From the NCBI GenBank assembly GCA_951406725.2, contig OX597814.1, positions 69,440,001-69,504,000 on the forward strand: a DNA stretch of 64,000 nt, given 5' to 3'. The position numbers and the translations under genes are program-made. Shown in pieces: positions 13,308-27,324 of the stretch; position 1 is the first letter of the stretch; each line of letters opens with the position of its first letter. The DNA comes from Octopus vulgaris. Lineage: Eukaryota. The notes beneath the pieces are model-generated. The model was not told the DNA's origin, made no database searches, and was given only the letters and a program-made list of their open reading frames with translations.

Positions 13308-13508
13308 GCGATAGCAAAACGGGTTATTATGTTGGAAGATAAAAATCATATTTTGTACAATATTGCATAATACTTTTGGTATTATGATTCTAATATATTC
13401 TTTAGTCTTGTAAAACAAATCTTGTGTTTTTTCATCTTATTTCTTTCTGTATATATTCAACAACGTGTAATCACCCACCATACTTTCTACCTTATATGTA
13501 TATATGTA

Positions 13509-13556
<48 letters not shown>

Positions 13557-14429
13557 TCTCTTTGCCAACCTGCTAAGCTGTAGAGATGTAAACGAACATC
13601 AGAACCAAGTGGTGGTAGGGGACAAACTGAAAGACACACACACACATGCATATATACATGCATGCATTCATACATACATACATACATACGTAAGTGTGCA
13701 TGTGCATGCATGCACACACGTGCACACACACATGCATGTAGAAAACATACATACTAGATATATGACGTCGATTGGAACCTGGTGCAGCTCCCTAGCTTAC
13801 TAGTTTTCAGTCAAACCATCCAACCCATGCAAACCACCCAACCCAAGAGACTGATAGAATAAGTACCAGACTTAACAATAAGAGCTGATCTCAATTTGTT
13901 TGACTAAATTCTTTAGGGTGGTGCCTTGATTAGGTAGGGAAGTTTGTCGATAGTTAAGGTAGATACATAGTTTAAGTGGGTAGTAAATAGGTGATGGGTA
14001 GGAAGGCAGGTAGGTAGGCAAGCAGGTAGTTAGGTAGGCCTACCTGCCTGCTAGCATGCATGTACATACATACGTATGAATACCCCAAAATACAAGTGTA
14101 AAGTATTCCTGAAAATCTTGCCATAACATGAAATCCTCTAATGTGGAATACATTTTAATGTTATAAAGTGAGAATGCAATGCAACAGATTTTATTGAGAA
14201 CAACAACAACAAAACAAACAAAACAACTACTTTTATGCATGAAAATAACAATTTCTAAACAAAGAGTAATATGCATACATAAAAACATTTGAAGAGAAAT
14301 ACATTAGGGACTAAATAACTCATTAAATTGCAGTAGGGAACATTACTACCACAAGAGATGTTGATTACTGAGTGAAGGGTTATGGTGGAATAAGAGTTAC
14401 AGGGTGAATGAGAGATACTACTTATCTTA

Positions 14430-16220
14430 CAGCGCATCGTCATCAACATCTATTTGAACTATGAAGAACTTATCCAAAATTGTTTTATGTTTATATCACA
14501 TCATTTCTTTGTACAGCGCAGTGCAGGAACTAAGATCAACGTAAATGCTTTTTGTAAGTTTTATGGTACATTTAATGTGGGTTGTTATCAGCAAAATCAT
14601 TCAAACCTTTCTCTACAAAAATCTTTGGTGACTCTTCATACCAAGATTTTGAGGGAGAGTTAATTACTCTCAAAACATGAACTCAGGCTACTGAATGAAA
14701 ATCTTCACCACTGAAGGCAAACAAGTCTGCTTTTGACTCTGGGCATTATACAGAGAGAGGAGGAAGGAAAATATTACCATAAAAATACCCTCTCAAGAAG
14801 ATCTTGAATCATTCTGGTTGAAAGTCTGTGACGTAAAGAAGGATTTCAACCTTAATGCATCATGACTTAATACAGTAAAGAGAGAATACTGTACCAACAT
14901 CAAAAGTAAGACATATGCAGTTGATCTGGGATCTTTCACCATAATTGTAGGCAAACTTCATAATGGGAGGGCACCTAGAAGGAACCTAACAGTTGGATAC
15001 TAATACAAGAAGCTGGCATTCTACAGAAAACCACTAAGATGTATATTCAAAAGGACTATGGAAGGTCAGATTGCCAAACAACTTTTGACAAACAAACTGT
15101 ACTGTTTGAAGTGAAAAAACACTGAAGTAGCCTTGTAACAGCATGATTTGAGATGAAGGAGGTAGAGGCTTCAGACCAGGGCAGACAGCATTCGAATGAC
15201 ATATTGTCTCTCTCAGATAGTACTTCTTAAAGAACAGCAGTGAAAATAAACACATTAACTAAGTGCTGAAAAGTGAAGCGAGCAATATCCTTTGTATTGG
15301 CAGCAAGCTCCTCAGGAAGCACTCTTCCTGCTGACCTTCCATAACTCCAAAACAGCTGGATGTGAAACACTCAGCATACCTTAAAAAAGACTATACATGA
15401 GTAATATTGACATGAAATACAGTTTCTCTTGGATCTGTGACCATACATCATATTACACTTTGAAGGCTATGTATTTGCAATACAAGAACAGAATATTGCT
15501 ATGAAAAACCTATTGAATAAAAGAGACAGTGAAGCCCTTCAAACCCCAAGATGCAACCGAAAAAGCGGATTCTGTCATATTTCTGAGGAAGACATCACAC
15601 ATTTGATTAGCAGATGCCCCAAAATATCAACCCCTGTATGCAACATGTTGCAAAAACAATATACAATGCTATTCAGAAAAAAAAAACTCTCCTGAAATAA
15701 ATATATGGAATCCCCCTATCATTGAATACATGCACAAGCATCAACACAAGGAATTCTGGTGGAACATTATCATCAAAATGTCTGTCAAGTGTTAACATAA
15801 CAAGCTGGATATTATTGTTTGGGATGGACAAGAAAAAATATGTACTGTCTTAGAGGTCAACTGCCCTTCTAATGTAGATATTTCTTTGAAAATCAAAGGG
15901 AAAAAGGACAGCTATTGACATCTGCTTTGAAACCTTCAGCTTCTATATCCAGACTATGAATTCACAGTACACATGGTTTTGTGAATAAATTTCTAAGTGA
16001 CAATCTCATTAAGCTAGGATTTTCAGAAAAAGAAATCAAACAACTGATTTGTACATTACAAATATAATCTGTAAGTGGAATAGTAAAAATTTGCAAGACT
16101 TTTCGAAAGTTTAAAATATGACATTGCTTTTGTCATCTACATTCCAACGCTAGAGTTTTGTATCATTGTTAGAAACCAGCTCCTTCCTCAGAGGGAGAAT
16201 TTAAATAATTAAAACAGAAG
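14430..16220 (+). mobile_element. Degenerate RLE-type (R4/Dong-like) non-LTR retrotransposon 3' part
   Basis: FCHISEEDITHLISRCP zinc-knuckle remnant followed by KLDIIVWD..CTVLEVNCP (restriction-like endonuclease motif); ends at (CA)n. Confidence 0.55.
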
Positions 16221-16699
16221 AAAACACACACACACACACACATATTAGGTTGGAAAGTCCTGTTGCATTTATTTTGGGGTTTGAACAATTTGTTTTTTTT
16301 TTTATTTTTAAGGTCCTATAATTACTTTATAGACAAGGAGCCACTGAGTACAATGTTTGGAGCAAAAATTGCTGAACCGTTACAGCAACTGCAAAAGTGC
16401 AGGAGGAAGCTGTTAAATGCTTTATCCATAGAAATCTGAGATCAGGAATACCTTGGAAAAGGAAAAAGTGACATTCATGTTCTAGTCATTCTACTTATCA
16501 CATTGACTAAGTTGCTACTACAGTTACACACTGGGAACTTATCTTGGCTGAAAATCATTTTGATTTTACAAGAATGTTGTTTCAGGAGTATTACTTAAGA
16601 ATTACACAGATTTACAGCCAAGAGAAATGAAATGTCCATCAAGATAATTAATATTTCCCCTCATTAATAATAACATAATCCCATTTATTTGACAAACAG

Positions 16700-17020
16700 T
16701 TGATCCTTCAGCAACATCTCTATATGATTAAACAACAATGGGCATTTTTCTTGCATTTTTTGTGCAATGCTTATAATCGACAACAATATTTCTCTACATT
16801 AGCTGTTTCATATTGGTTTAACACTTCATGATAGACAACATTCTTCCTATCCTACAGAGAATGACTTCCCTCGGGTGTAGTCCTGGTTTGGGGTTGGATT
16901 CTTCATTTTCATTGGGTGCTAACCAATGTCATTTTCATTGGATATGAAAAAGAGAACCTACCTTTCATCAATTGTGATGATTCTGTCCAGGAAAAGTTTG
17001 GCAGCAAATCTACTCTTCAA
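16700..17020 (-). mobile_element. Mariner transposase fragment
   Basis: Minus strand LFLDRIITIDE, WLAPNE..PKPGLHP, VVYHEVL..ETANVEKYC. Confidence 0.65.
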
Positions 17021-17059
17021 TGATGAGTAGAGGGCAACTCCTTAATTAAGGTGAGAAGC

Positions 17060-17360
17060 AGTTAGATGATGGAAGGTAATGAATACTATTATATCAGTTC
17101 AACTGAAAACCAAATTAAATGGCATATTGCGAACCATGAGAGTTGCTTTAAGAATAGACATAAAATCAATAATACAAGTCTCAACAAATTTATATGGATG
17201 TTAAAAGACAATAAGAAAAATTATGATTAAATGGGAAATTATAAGCCATGCCAGAGCTTATAGAATCTCAGATAAAAAATGCTGATTGTGTATAGAAGAG
17301 ATATTTCATATACTAACATCTAAACACAAACTAATTAACTCGAGAAAAGAGAATATTTGA
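17060..17360 (+). mobile_element. PLE GIY-YIG endonuclease C-terminal remnant
   Basis: YYISSTENQIKWHIANHESCF..NTSLNKFIWMLK..WEII..AY..C*LCIEE..LINSRKE follows the PLE GIY-YIG pattern. Confidence 0.7.
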
Positions 17361-18007
17361 ACTTGTATGTTTTTAGAAAGTTTAATTAATAAAAAGATAA
17401 AACTGAACATTAAAAATTTAAGCATAATACAGTAAGTGTAACTTAATTTATAAACCAAACATAAGATATAAATAATATAAATAGTAATAATTAATCAGCT
17501 AATATAATACATCTAATTTTTTATTGTAATATTGTAGAACTATTGATAACACTAATTTTGATGATGTAATATACTTAATATATATAAGTACTAACCTTAA
17601 ATGTGTGCATTTAAGGTTAGTACTTATATGTGTAGGTATATGTATTCTCTCATACACAGATGTATAGTGATATATAGAATGAATTACAAATTAATAACTA
17701 TAAAATTTAAAACTATTATTTAGATCAATATAAAAATATAAAAATAATTATTATGCTTATTCATTTCATACAATAATATAATGGCTGGCTTTTAGTTTTT
17801 ATTTTCAAATAATTACACACACGCAAATACAAATATACTTATTTTATTAATTATCTTGTTGTTTCATGTTATAAATTATATAATTTTTGGTATCTATCAA
17901 ACATTATTACTTTCTGTAGTGTTTTATATATTGATGCATGTATATATACACACACACAAATATTTATTAATTATAATTAATGACTATTAATAATACAAAT
18001 ACATATA

Positions 18008-19838
18008 CACTGACGAAAATAAATTTAAGACCGATGACAAATGTTCTGTTTCTTACAAAATATTTTGTTACTAACACCATAAAAATTATTTTTATCTTTT
18101 ATACCTTATGCAGAATTTCTGTCTTTTCCAAATGATGCAGATAATAACTATTTTTATACAATTTGAAGAATTTTAATGCTAAATTAATGTAAGCGTTTCA
18201 AATTTACCGGCAAAATTAGTTTAAGACCGTATCATTATAATTTTATTTAAAGCTTAAGATTGTAGCAAAAATGAACAACAAGAACAAAATACATATTAGT
18301 ACTTTGTGCCATAGCCTTTATTCTTAATAACGGCTGAACAACGCCTCGGCATTAAATTCGCTAAGTGATTACAAAATTCTATGGGAATGTTTTGCCATAT
18401 TTCATTGATATAATCAAATAATTGTTTTAGATTAGATGTTTTTTTTTAGCATGGACTTTTTTTGGAAACATAATTCCACAAGTTCTCAATCGGATTCAGG
18501 TCCAGGCTCTGGGGAGGCTATTCGATTACATCAATATTATGATCAAAAAAATTCCATAACCTTTTTGGCTTTGTGCACAGAACTATTGTCCTGCCGATAA
18601 ATAGCCCACAGAGGCATTTGGTGAGTCAAATATGGCACAACATTATCCTTTAGTAGATTCATATAACCTACACTATTTAGCTTTCCATCAACTTTAACTA
18701 GAGGGCCAACACTAGAGCTACTAAATACTGCACACACCATGACACCCCCCACCCCGCTTGCGCCGTCTTTTTCATGCATTTCAGATGGAATTCCTCAGTT
18801 GGGCGACGTCTGACGTATGTTTTACCATCTGATCCAAATATACAAAAGCGTGACTCGTCACTCCAAATGACCCTGCACTAATCTTTGGCAGTCCATTGTG
18901 CATAGCTTTTTGCAAAATTAAGGTGTTTGAGTCAATTTCTTTCGGATATTATTGGCTTTTCCTAACGATTTGTCCATGTAGTCCAAATTCTCTCAAATAG
19001 TTGCGGACGTTTGTGGTGTAAAAATAACACCATTCTCGTTGGACAATTGTTTACAAATGTCAATGGCTGTCAGCATTCTTTGGCATCGAGAGTTACAGAA
19101 AGGCCAGAACTGAGCACCACTGCGTGGTGCCAAGGACTCCAAATTTGCCATCAAGATGTAGGATAAGATACTGTGATAGCCTGGACTTCAGAGGCCCACA
19201 GCTCTTCAATATCCTCCCGAAGAACCTGAGGGACCTGCATGGGGTGGATGTGGATGTCTTTAAAGTAGGACTGGATCTCTTCCTGTCAGGTGTCCTGGAT
19301 GAACCAACTTCACGGCAGGAGGTGCAGATGAGGGCAGCTGCATCGAACTCTCTCATGCACCAAATGGCAGTTGCTAAAAAGCATTCGTGAAGTAAAATCA
19401 TGTAGCAACACCAAATGGCAGTGCCCCAGCATGGCCACAGCTCGTGAGCTGAAACTAGATAAAATAAAAAAAAAAATAATAAATTCGGTTGCCTTCTGAA
19501 AGTCGGTGAATTCAACGGTCTAATTGCGCCATTGTTTTCCTTGGGGCATCAGTCCTTTGCTGATCTTTATATTGACCAGTCTCCGAGTATAACTTCCACG
19601 CTTGCACCAAGCCGGTTTACTGCACTTTAGTTGCTTGCTGATGTTCAAAAAGGAAATATTATATGGTCTTAAACTAATTTTGCCGGTAAATTTGAAATGT
19701 TTATATTGCATCATTCGAAAGAGAAATAAATTCTGCATAAGGTGTAAAAGATATAAATAATTTGTATGGTGTTAGTAACAAAATATTTTGTAAGAAATAG
19801 AACTTTTATCAATGGTCTTAAATTTATTTTCGCCACTG
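18008..19838 (-). mobile_element. Tc1-like DNA transposon with long IR/DR termini and decayed transposase
   Basis: TA-flanked termini CACTGACGAAAATAAATTTAAGACC / GGTCTTAAATTTATTTTCGCCACTG. Inner repeats at ~18197-18232 and ~19661-19697. Transposase motifs WSDES, GGVMV, QDNSSVHK and PDLNPIENLW on minus. Confidence 0.9.
19093..19480 (+). mobile_element. CR1-group LINE 3' end with A-rich tail, inserted in the Tc1 transposase
   Basis: ORF 19124..19390 contains RGPQLFNILP..VFKVGLDLFLSGVLDEP; A-rich tail at ~19460-19480. Confidence 0.7.
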
Positions 19839-20480
19839 TATAAATAAACTGATTTGATTCAATAACCTTTTACTTACATGCATACACACATAAATCAGGC
19901 AGTAAACATCCGTATACACACACACTCACACACAAACTAAAATAGATGACAGACATCCATATTTTGTAAAGTTTTTACTTTTATTATTTTCATTATTATT
20001 AATTTTTATTTTTATTCTTTATTTTAAATTTTTATATACTTTAATTTATTATTATTATTGTTATTATATTTAAACAAAAAATAAAAATATTAACACATGC
20101 AAGCACACATACATACACATACAAATAATTAAAGACACTTTCATTTACTTAGTTTGTTGAAGTATCTCAACCGATCAACATGTAAACTCTGTAATGTGCT
20201 TTGCACTAAGATATTTCACTTAAGATCTTCAAAATGCAAACTTATGTTTTGTAATTTGTATTGAGTGTAAATTGAAAGAATTGTAGGTAATGTTAATTAA
20301 TAAATTAATTTATATCCATTTTCTTATTTTATAATATTTGATATTTTTATAACATATTTATTGAAAAACTATCTGTTCGAAATATAATTTATTAAACCAG
20401 TGTAACTTGGATAAAACTATCCCTACAAGAAGTTTATATATCCTCCTAGTGACTGTGTATGTATGTATGTGTGTGTGTGC

Positions 20481-20514
<34 letters not shown>

Positions 20515-20879
20515 ATATACATACACACACATACATATAAGCGTGTATGTGCACACATACACATAAATCATCCACATATACCTACACCCACAAAAAACGT
20601 GCATAAAGGAATGCATTCATTCACATAGCTAATTATTATAAACATTCAAACAACTAAGCATTAATCTGTCTATCAATCCAACTAATCACCTATCATTCAA
20701 CAGAAACTTATAAATATATATGTACAATACACATATACACATATAAAATACAATATACACACTTACATATAAAATGATATAAAATGCATATATGTGCAAA
20801 ACATCAACATGCACAAAAATACATGTGCATAAACACAAACACTGAAATAGCATAAAAAAGATATCATTGGTATCATGTA

Positions 20880-21230
20880 CTCCAAGAACTTTAGTTGTTT
20901 AAGAAGATCTTCTCTTAGCAGCTAGTGTTGAGCAGAAAGAAGTAGGTATGTTTGTTCATGTTTCACTAAAGGAAGTTTTTCTATAGGTTTGATTGCTAAC
21001 TGCCTTGAGTACCTGGTCATGTAACCTATAGTAGCAACCATTAACCAAGGTTTCGCAGAAGTTGCTGAAGAGGTGTTCCTCTTCCAACGCCCAAGGTATA
21101 TGAAGGCACTTCATTCCTGTCCATGTGTAAGGATTTATCAAACTTGGTTAGTTGCAACACACTGCTGAAATACAAACACTCTCCTTTACCCCATTACCCC
21201 ACATGTTCCACCCATATTGCAGCAATACAA
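20880..21230 (-). mobile_element. Small remnant of an RLE-type LINE (zinc-knuckle region)
   Basis: EHLFSNFCETLVNGCYYRLHDQVLKAV resembles HILSxCxxALxxGRYxWRHDQVL. Confidence 0.45.
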
Positions 21231-21289
21231 GTGTGACTATGCATCAACTTATTCTTATTGCTTATGTATAATGAATTATGTAAGCAATA

Positions 21290-21986
21290 AGGAGATATGC
21301 TGTGACTTCGAATACCCAACAAATGAAGTGAGTTCATGGCTTGCAGGATGGCCTGCTGTGCTTCAGGAGACCTATTGTGTCAAGTACATCAACATTAAAA
21401 TAAAAATCGTATGGATATTGTAGTTGTGATACCCGTGCCAGTGCCATGTAGCGCTTCACAGAGGAAATGACGAAGACCAAGACCTCTGAGATATGCTGTG
21501 ACAGTGAAGACCCGACAAATGAAGTGAGTTTATGGCTCGCAGGACGGCTTGCTGTGCTAACCTTGGATTGTAGAGTGACCCGCTGTTCTTGAGGAGACAC
21601 ATTGAGTCAAGTACGTCAACACCAACATCAAATAAAAATCAAATGGAAATTGTAGTTAAGATACCCGTGCCAGTGACAAGTAAAAAACACCGTCCGAATG
21701 TGGCAGATGCCAGCACCGCCTGACTGGCATCTGTGTCGGTGACACATAAAAGCACCAACTGATCGTGGCCGTTTGCCAGCCTCCTCTGGCCACTATGTGG
21801 CACGTAAAACGCACCCACTACACTCTCAGAGTGGTTGGCGTTAGGAAGGGCATCCAGCTGTAGAAACACTGCCAGATCAGACTGGAGCCTGGTGCAGCCT
21901 CCTGGCTTCCCAGACCCCAGTCAAACTGTCCAACCCATGCTAGCATGGAAAACGGACGTTAAACAATGATGATGATAATGATGATG
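21290..21986 (+). mobile_element. RTE family A 3' UTR fragments
   Basis: Shared GGAAGGGCATCCAGCTGTAGAAAC..CCAACCCATGCTAGCATGG motif and (GAT)n tail; partial upstream duplication. Confidence 0.8.
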
Positions 21987-22249
21987 CATAGTCACACTTT
22001 TATCCTATCTATTTATGTAACTTACCTGTATTTGCACTAATATCAATAATTAACTAGTTAGCCTGTATGTCTTCACTTCTAGCAGTACTAACATTGCTTA
22101 TACTAATGTTGGTATAATTGATGGTGGAATAATGGGAGGATAACTGCTATGACATGTCTCTTGGCCAATGCTCATTACAAACTTCTTTTCAGATGCCGAA
22201 AGCTGCAGTTCCCCATCTCTATGTTATTTCCTACCTCCCTTTACATTCT

Positions 22250-24480
22250 AGGAGGGCAACTGCCATGGGGTAGGAGGGTTGGCATACTTCTAGCAGAGAA
22301 ATGGGTAAGTAAGGTGATTGAGGTAGTCAGAGTATGTGACAGGCTACTTAAGCTTAGACTAGTTTTGCAGAATAGTACATCAACAATCATCTCTGCCTAT
22401 GCCTCACACTCAGGCCTGCCAAATGAACAAAAGGATTGTTTTTATGACATTTCAGGAATAACCACTGAGATGCTTAAAATATTTGGGGTATGGGTTATGG
22501 TCTAATTACCTGTATAGTTAACCAATGACTGGTGTAGCAACACCATGGTCAATTGCTACAAAGGTAAAGGTGATGCCTTAGATAGAAATAATTATAGAGG
22601 TATCAAGTTGCTGGATCAGGTGATGAAAGTCACAGAGAGGGTCATAACCCAACTAATTAGAAAAAGAGTTAGTCTAGATGAGATGCAGTTTGAGAAGCTC
22701 CACTGATGCTATATTTCTGGCAAGGTAGCTGCAGGAGAAACACCTAACCAAAGATAAACCTCTGTACTTGACTTTTGTTGACATGAAGAATGCCTTTGAC
22801 AGGGTCCCCCGATCCCTTATCTGGTGGTCAATGCGGAAACTAGGAATAGATGAGTGGTTGGTGAGAGCTGTTCAAGCCATGTACAGGGATGCTGTCAGTA
22901 AAGTGAGGGTTGGCAACGGATACAGTATGGATTTAGGGTACAAGTAGGTGTTCACCAAGAATCAGTCCTTAGCCTCATTTTGTTCATCATAGTCCTCCAG
23001 GCAATAACAGAGGAATTTAAGACAGGCTGCCTCTGGAAGTTCCTCCATGCTGATGAACTTGATCTTATTGCTGAATCTGTATCAGAACTAGAGAAAAAAT
23101 TTCAGGTGTAGAAGCAAAGTCTAGAATTGAAGGGCCTTAGAGTTAACCTAGCAAAAACCAATGTCTTAGTAAGTAGGAAAACAGACAAATCACACATCCC
23201 TTCTGGCAGATGGCCCTGCTCAATCTGTAGGAAAGGTGTAGGTAGAAACTCTATAAGATGCGCCCAGTGCAAGCTATAGACACATAAGAAGTGCAACAAT
23301 ATCAGAAGAAAGTTAACTGGGAAAATAGTTTTTGTGAATGGAAGGTGCACAGGTACAATAAACACTAAAATTGTACAGAAATTAGACTCCATCAACTGCC
23401 AGTGGGGGTAAGCTAGAGGCAGCTGATAGCTTCCATTATCTAGGTGACCAAATCAGTAATGCAGGTGGATGCTCTGAGAGTGTAGCTGCAAGAATAAGAA
23501 TAGGCTGGACAAAGTTCAGAGAGCTCTTAACTCTGTTGGCATCAAAGAACCTCTCTCCCTCAGAGTGAAAGGCAGACAGTATGATGCCTGTGTGAGAACT
23601 GCTGTTTTACATGGCAGTGAAACATGGGCTATGATCACTAAGGACATACGTTGGCTTGAAAGAAAGAAGCTAGCATGCTTCAATGGATGTGTAACGTCAG
23701 AGCACATGTACAACAAAATGTAACCGTCTTAAGAGAAAAGTTAGGCATAAGAGGCATCAGATGTGATGTGCAAGAGAGACAATTGTGCTGGTATGGTCAT
23801 GTGATGTGTATGGACAAGGACAGCTGCATAATGAAGTGCTGATCTTTAACTGTGGAGGGGAGCTATGATAGAGGTGGACCAAGAAGACATGGGATGAGGT
23901 GGCGAAGTATGATCTTCAAACACTGGGCCTCATGGAGGCAATGACAAGTGGCTGAGACCTTTGATGATATGCTGTGCTTGAGAAGACCCATCAAGCCAAG
24001 TGAAATTGTAATCATGGCCGATGCTGGTGTCATGTAACTGGCATCCATGATGGTTCGCACATAAAAAGCACCTTTTGAGCATTGGGCTTCATGGAGACAA
24101 TGTGGCTGATACCAGTGTCACATAGCTAGCACCCCTGCCAGTGGCACATAAAAAGTATCTATCAAGTGTTGGGTCTCATGGTGACAATGACAGATGACTG
24201 AGACCTTATCCAATATGCTGTGCTTGAGAAGAAGACCCATCAAGCCAAGTGAAATCACAGTTGCGGCAGATAGTGTATCAAGCAGCTGGCACCCATGTCA
24301 GGGGCATATAAAGGCACCCATTACACTCTTGGAGTAGTTGGAGTGAGGAAAGATATCTAGTTGTAGAAACCAAGCCAAATCAGACTGGAGTCTGGTGCAG
24401 TGTCTTAGCTTACCAACCCTGGTCAAACTGTTCAACCCAGCCAGCCTGGACAATGGACGTTAAATGATGATCATGAGTGA
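22250..24480 (+). mobile_element. Degenerate, internally deleted RTE family A LINE
   Basis: Endonuclease remnant (VGILLAEKWV..IISAYA) fused to RT (YRGIKLLDQVMKV, AFDRVP, HADEL), C-terminus and 3' UTR with (GAT)n-like tail. Confidence 0.85.
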
Positions 24481-24744
24481 GTTGATGATCTTACTAGAAA
24501 CATGCTGTTTATAAAGAACTTCATCTACCAGTTTATATGACGTAGTCCTGTAAGTGTTTTCAATATTTAACTACAGATCTTCCTTAACTTCTCTGAAGAA
24601 CTGTTTCACCCCTGTATGCTTCAGCAACCAAGTGTTTCAGAGATCCCACCTTTCTGGCCCCATTCATATATTGTACTTATTGATCAATGTACAAATTCTT
24701 AAGGAGAAACTTAATCAGCTGTCAGGACATCCTTCTCTTCATCA

Positions 24745-25120
24745 TCCTGAGATTTGCACGTCCTGCAACAGGAGGATCAGAGGTGTGAAGTGTTCAGGAT
24801 TGCAAGACAATGTGTAAGAGAGAACAGAGATGTTATTGGTGAGAAGTGTATTTGGAATGATGACACACTTGCCAGTGAGATGGAAGACAACAAAGTGGTA
24901 TGGAAGTGTTATTATGAAAGGCTGCTGGAGAATGCCTAGGATAAAGGGTGGCTATTTCCTGTTGACTCCACAGAAAAACTAGCATTTAAAGTTGATGGTA
25001 GATAAAGCAATCAAGGACATGAAGAGTGAAAAAACAAAGGCAGTTGCAGAGATGCTCAGAATAGCTGGTGAGATAAGTTATGCAATAACCACCAGGATAG
25101 TTAATCAAGTCATACAAGAA
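24745..25120 (+). mobile_element. RTE family A internal fragment
   Basis: EDQRCEVFRIARQCVRENRDVIGEKC matches other copies. Confidence 0.7.
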
Positions 25121-25725
25121 TGGGTTGAAAAGTTCATAGGCTGACTATCAAGGAGGGGTGTTACACCTGTGAAATTTTACATGCATGTATTGATTTTCAA
25201 CTCTTAATGATTACTGCATTTTTTCCCCAGGAAAACAGACATCTGACTGTTTAAAGAAGACTTCAAAAGTAACTAGTAGTAACTTCTCTTGAAAATGGGC
25301 ATCATGGTGTTATCAAGTAGAAAAGGGTTTAGCCCCCCCAAGGATATTCATGCTGACATTGCTGTTACATTAGGAGATGATGTTCCAGCTTTATCAACAG
25401 TGCAGAAGTGGGCAGCTGAATTTAGGAGATGAAGGAAGAGTTTTGAGAATAACTCAAGGTCTGGACATCTTGCAACAGCCATCACCATTGATTGTGTTCA
25501 CCACATGGTGATGGATGACAGATGATTAACAATAAATTAAATAGCCAATGCAATTAAAATATCCTGTGAGAGAATTGAGAAAATTTTGTATAATGAACTT
25601 GGCATGGCAAAGGTTTCTGCTCAGTGGATGCTACATCTTCTTACACCTGATCAAAAGTACACCCAACTCATCACATCACAGTAAAATCTGATGTTGTTTG
25701 AGGTAGATCCAGCTGATTTCTTTGA
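25120..25725 (+). mobile_element. Mariner transposon 5' part (decayed transposase N-terminus)
   Basis: KDIHADI..LGDDVPALSTVQKWAAEF..SRSG..VMDDR..ILYNELGMAKVSAQWMLHLLTPDQK (WVPRLL-type motif). Confidence 0.8.
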
Positions 25726-25729
25726 AGTC

Positions 25730-27290
25730 CAGAGCTCTGGGTTGGGCCGATGGCTTTCTTGATACCCTTATACATTACGATATTGCTGCCTGTGTCAAAT
25801 GACAGTTGGTTGTCTTCACATTAATCATTTGCACAGCATCTCACTGCCTTCTGTATGTTGTTCCTTGCTGATCTCAATGCTTGTAGCATTGCCCTGGTGG
25901 GCTGGTGTTTGTGCTTCAGCAGGGCAGCACGCTTCTCCTTCATGAGGTATTGAGCTATTTCACACTCATCTCAAACCAGTCTTGTGTCATTTTCCTCCTC
26001 CTCTCAAAGGCCTTCAGTGCAGTACTATAGATGATGTTCCTGAGAGAGTCCCATCTCTGCTGAACATTGCCATCTTATGTGTCTGCAAGGAAGGTGTCTT
26101 CCAGTGACCTGAGGAATGCATCTGTCTTAGGTAGCTTCTGAGTTGCAGTAGCATTGATATGCTGCTTGCCTGGAGGCTTTGCACAGAGCAAAATTCTTTG
26201 TTGGAGTTTGAGATTGCAACAAACCAAGGAATGGTCTGTGTTGCAGTCAGCACTTTGAAAGGACAGAGTTAGGAGGACATTCCTCAGGTGGTTGCATCAA
26301 GCTGGTGCCAGTGGCCCAATTGAGGGTGATGCCAGGAGTCCCTGTGTTGGGCTTTGGCCTGGAGGTGATGACACATAGTCTATGGAGTATACAGGGATCT
26401 TGAGGCTCAAACAGCTATTGCCCATTTTCATTCATGTTGCCAACCCCATACCAACCAGACACCCTTGGCCAGGAGTCATGATAACTCTCACTATCGCATT
26501 GAAGTAGCCAAGTAGCATCAGCTGTTCTCCATTTGAGACCACCTGTATTTTCATAGAGAACTGATTATAGAACTTATCCTTGGCATCTTGTATGGAGTAA
26601 AAGGTTGGAACATAAGCTCTAAGGTTGACAAGCCCATCAGAAATGTGCAATTGATGTGAGAGTATCCACTCCAAACTGTCGCTGCTGAGTTCTCCCAACT
26701 TCAGCAGAGAGTTCCTCATGGCAAAGTCAATACCATGCTCTCTGGCTTCGTCTATTCCTTTCCCTTGCCAGAAAAAGATATACTCTCTCTCACGAAGGGT
26801 CCCCAAATCTGGGAGTCTCATTTCCTGCAGTGCTGCAATGCTCACTCAGAATCATAGCAGTTCGTTGTTGATCTTGCATGTGTTGCTTATCTTTTGAAGA
26901 TCCCCTGACAGACCAGTTATCATAGTCCATATGTTCCACCATCCGAGTCTGAATGCTGGTTTTTGCATTGTTTGTTTGCTTGTTTTCCTTGGTGTAGTGA
27001 TTATAGTCCCCAATTCAGGATATTAGTTTCCCTATGCCCCCATAGGACAGTACCTAACTGGCTGGGGACTGCCCACCTTGAGGCAGGTTGTAGCTGTCCA
27101 GTGAGGCACAGTCACCTCTCCCCCCATCAAAAGCAGCCCCTGATGCCTTGCTCTTACAACAATCAATTTGCAGGCTGAAAACTGGTAAACTGCTGCTTTC
27201 TGTGTTTTGCCACCATGGTTAGACAACATTTGAGTGTCCTCTCCAGGGCGCATTCTTCAGTCAGTCATAGCCACTCACTCTCGGACTTTT
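25730..27290 (-). mobile_element. RTE family B (BovB-like) 5' region with AP endonuclease remnant
   Basis: SIAALQEMRL..YIFFWQGK..YVPT..LLGYFNA; near-identical to parts of 50478-53468 in the opposite orientation. Confidence 0.8.
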
Positions 27291-27324
27291 AAATTTTCAA
27301 CAGTAAGCGTGTTCTTTTCCTCTG

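Noticed and set aside
16243-16480. TA-TTAGGTTGG as a mariner TIR with a transposase start
   Set aside because: No matching second TIR was found, and the following sequence is too decayed to support a call.
20655-20692. Minus-strand VISWIDRQ resembling the expected next dynein exon (xVSSWIxxRE)
   Set aside because: Wrong splice phase for the preceding phase-2 donor, an in-frame stop after 11 codons, and simple-repeat-like context.
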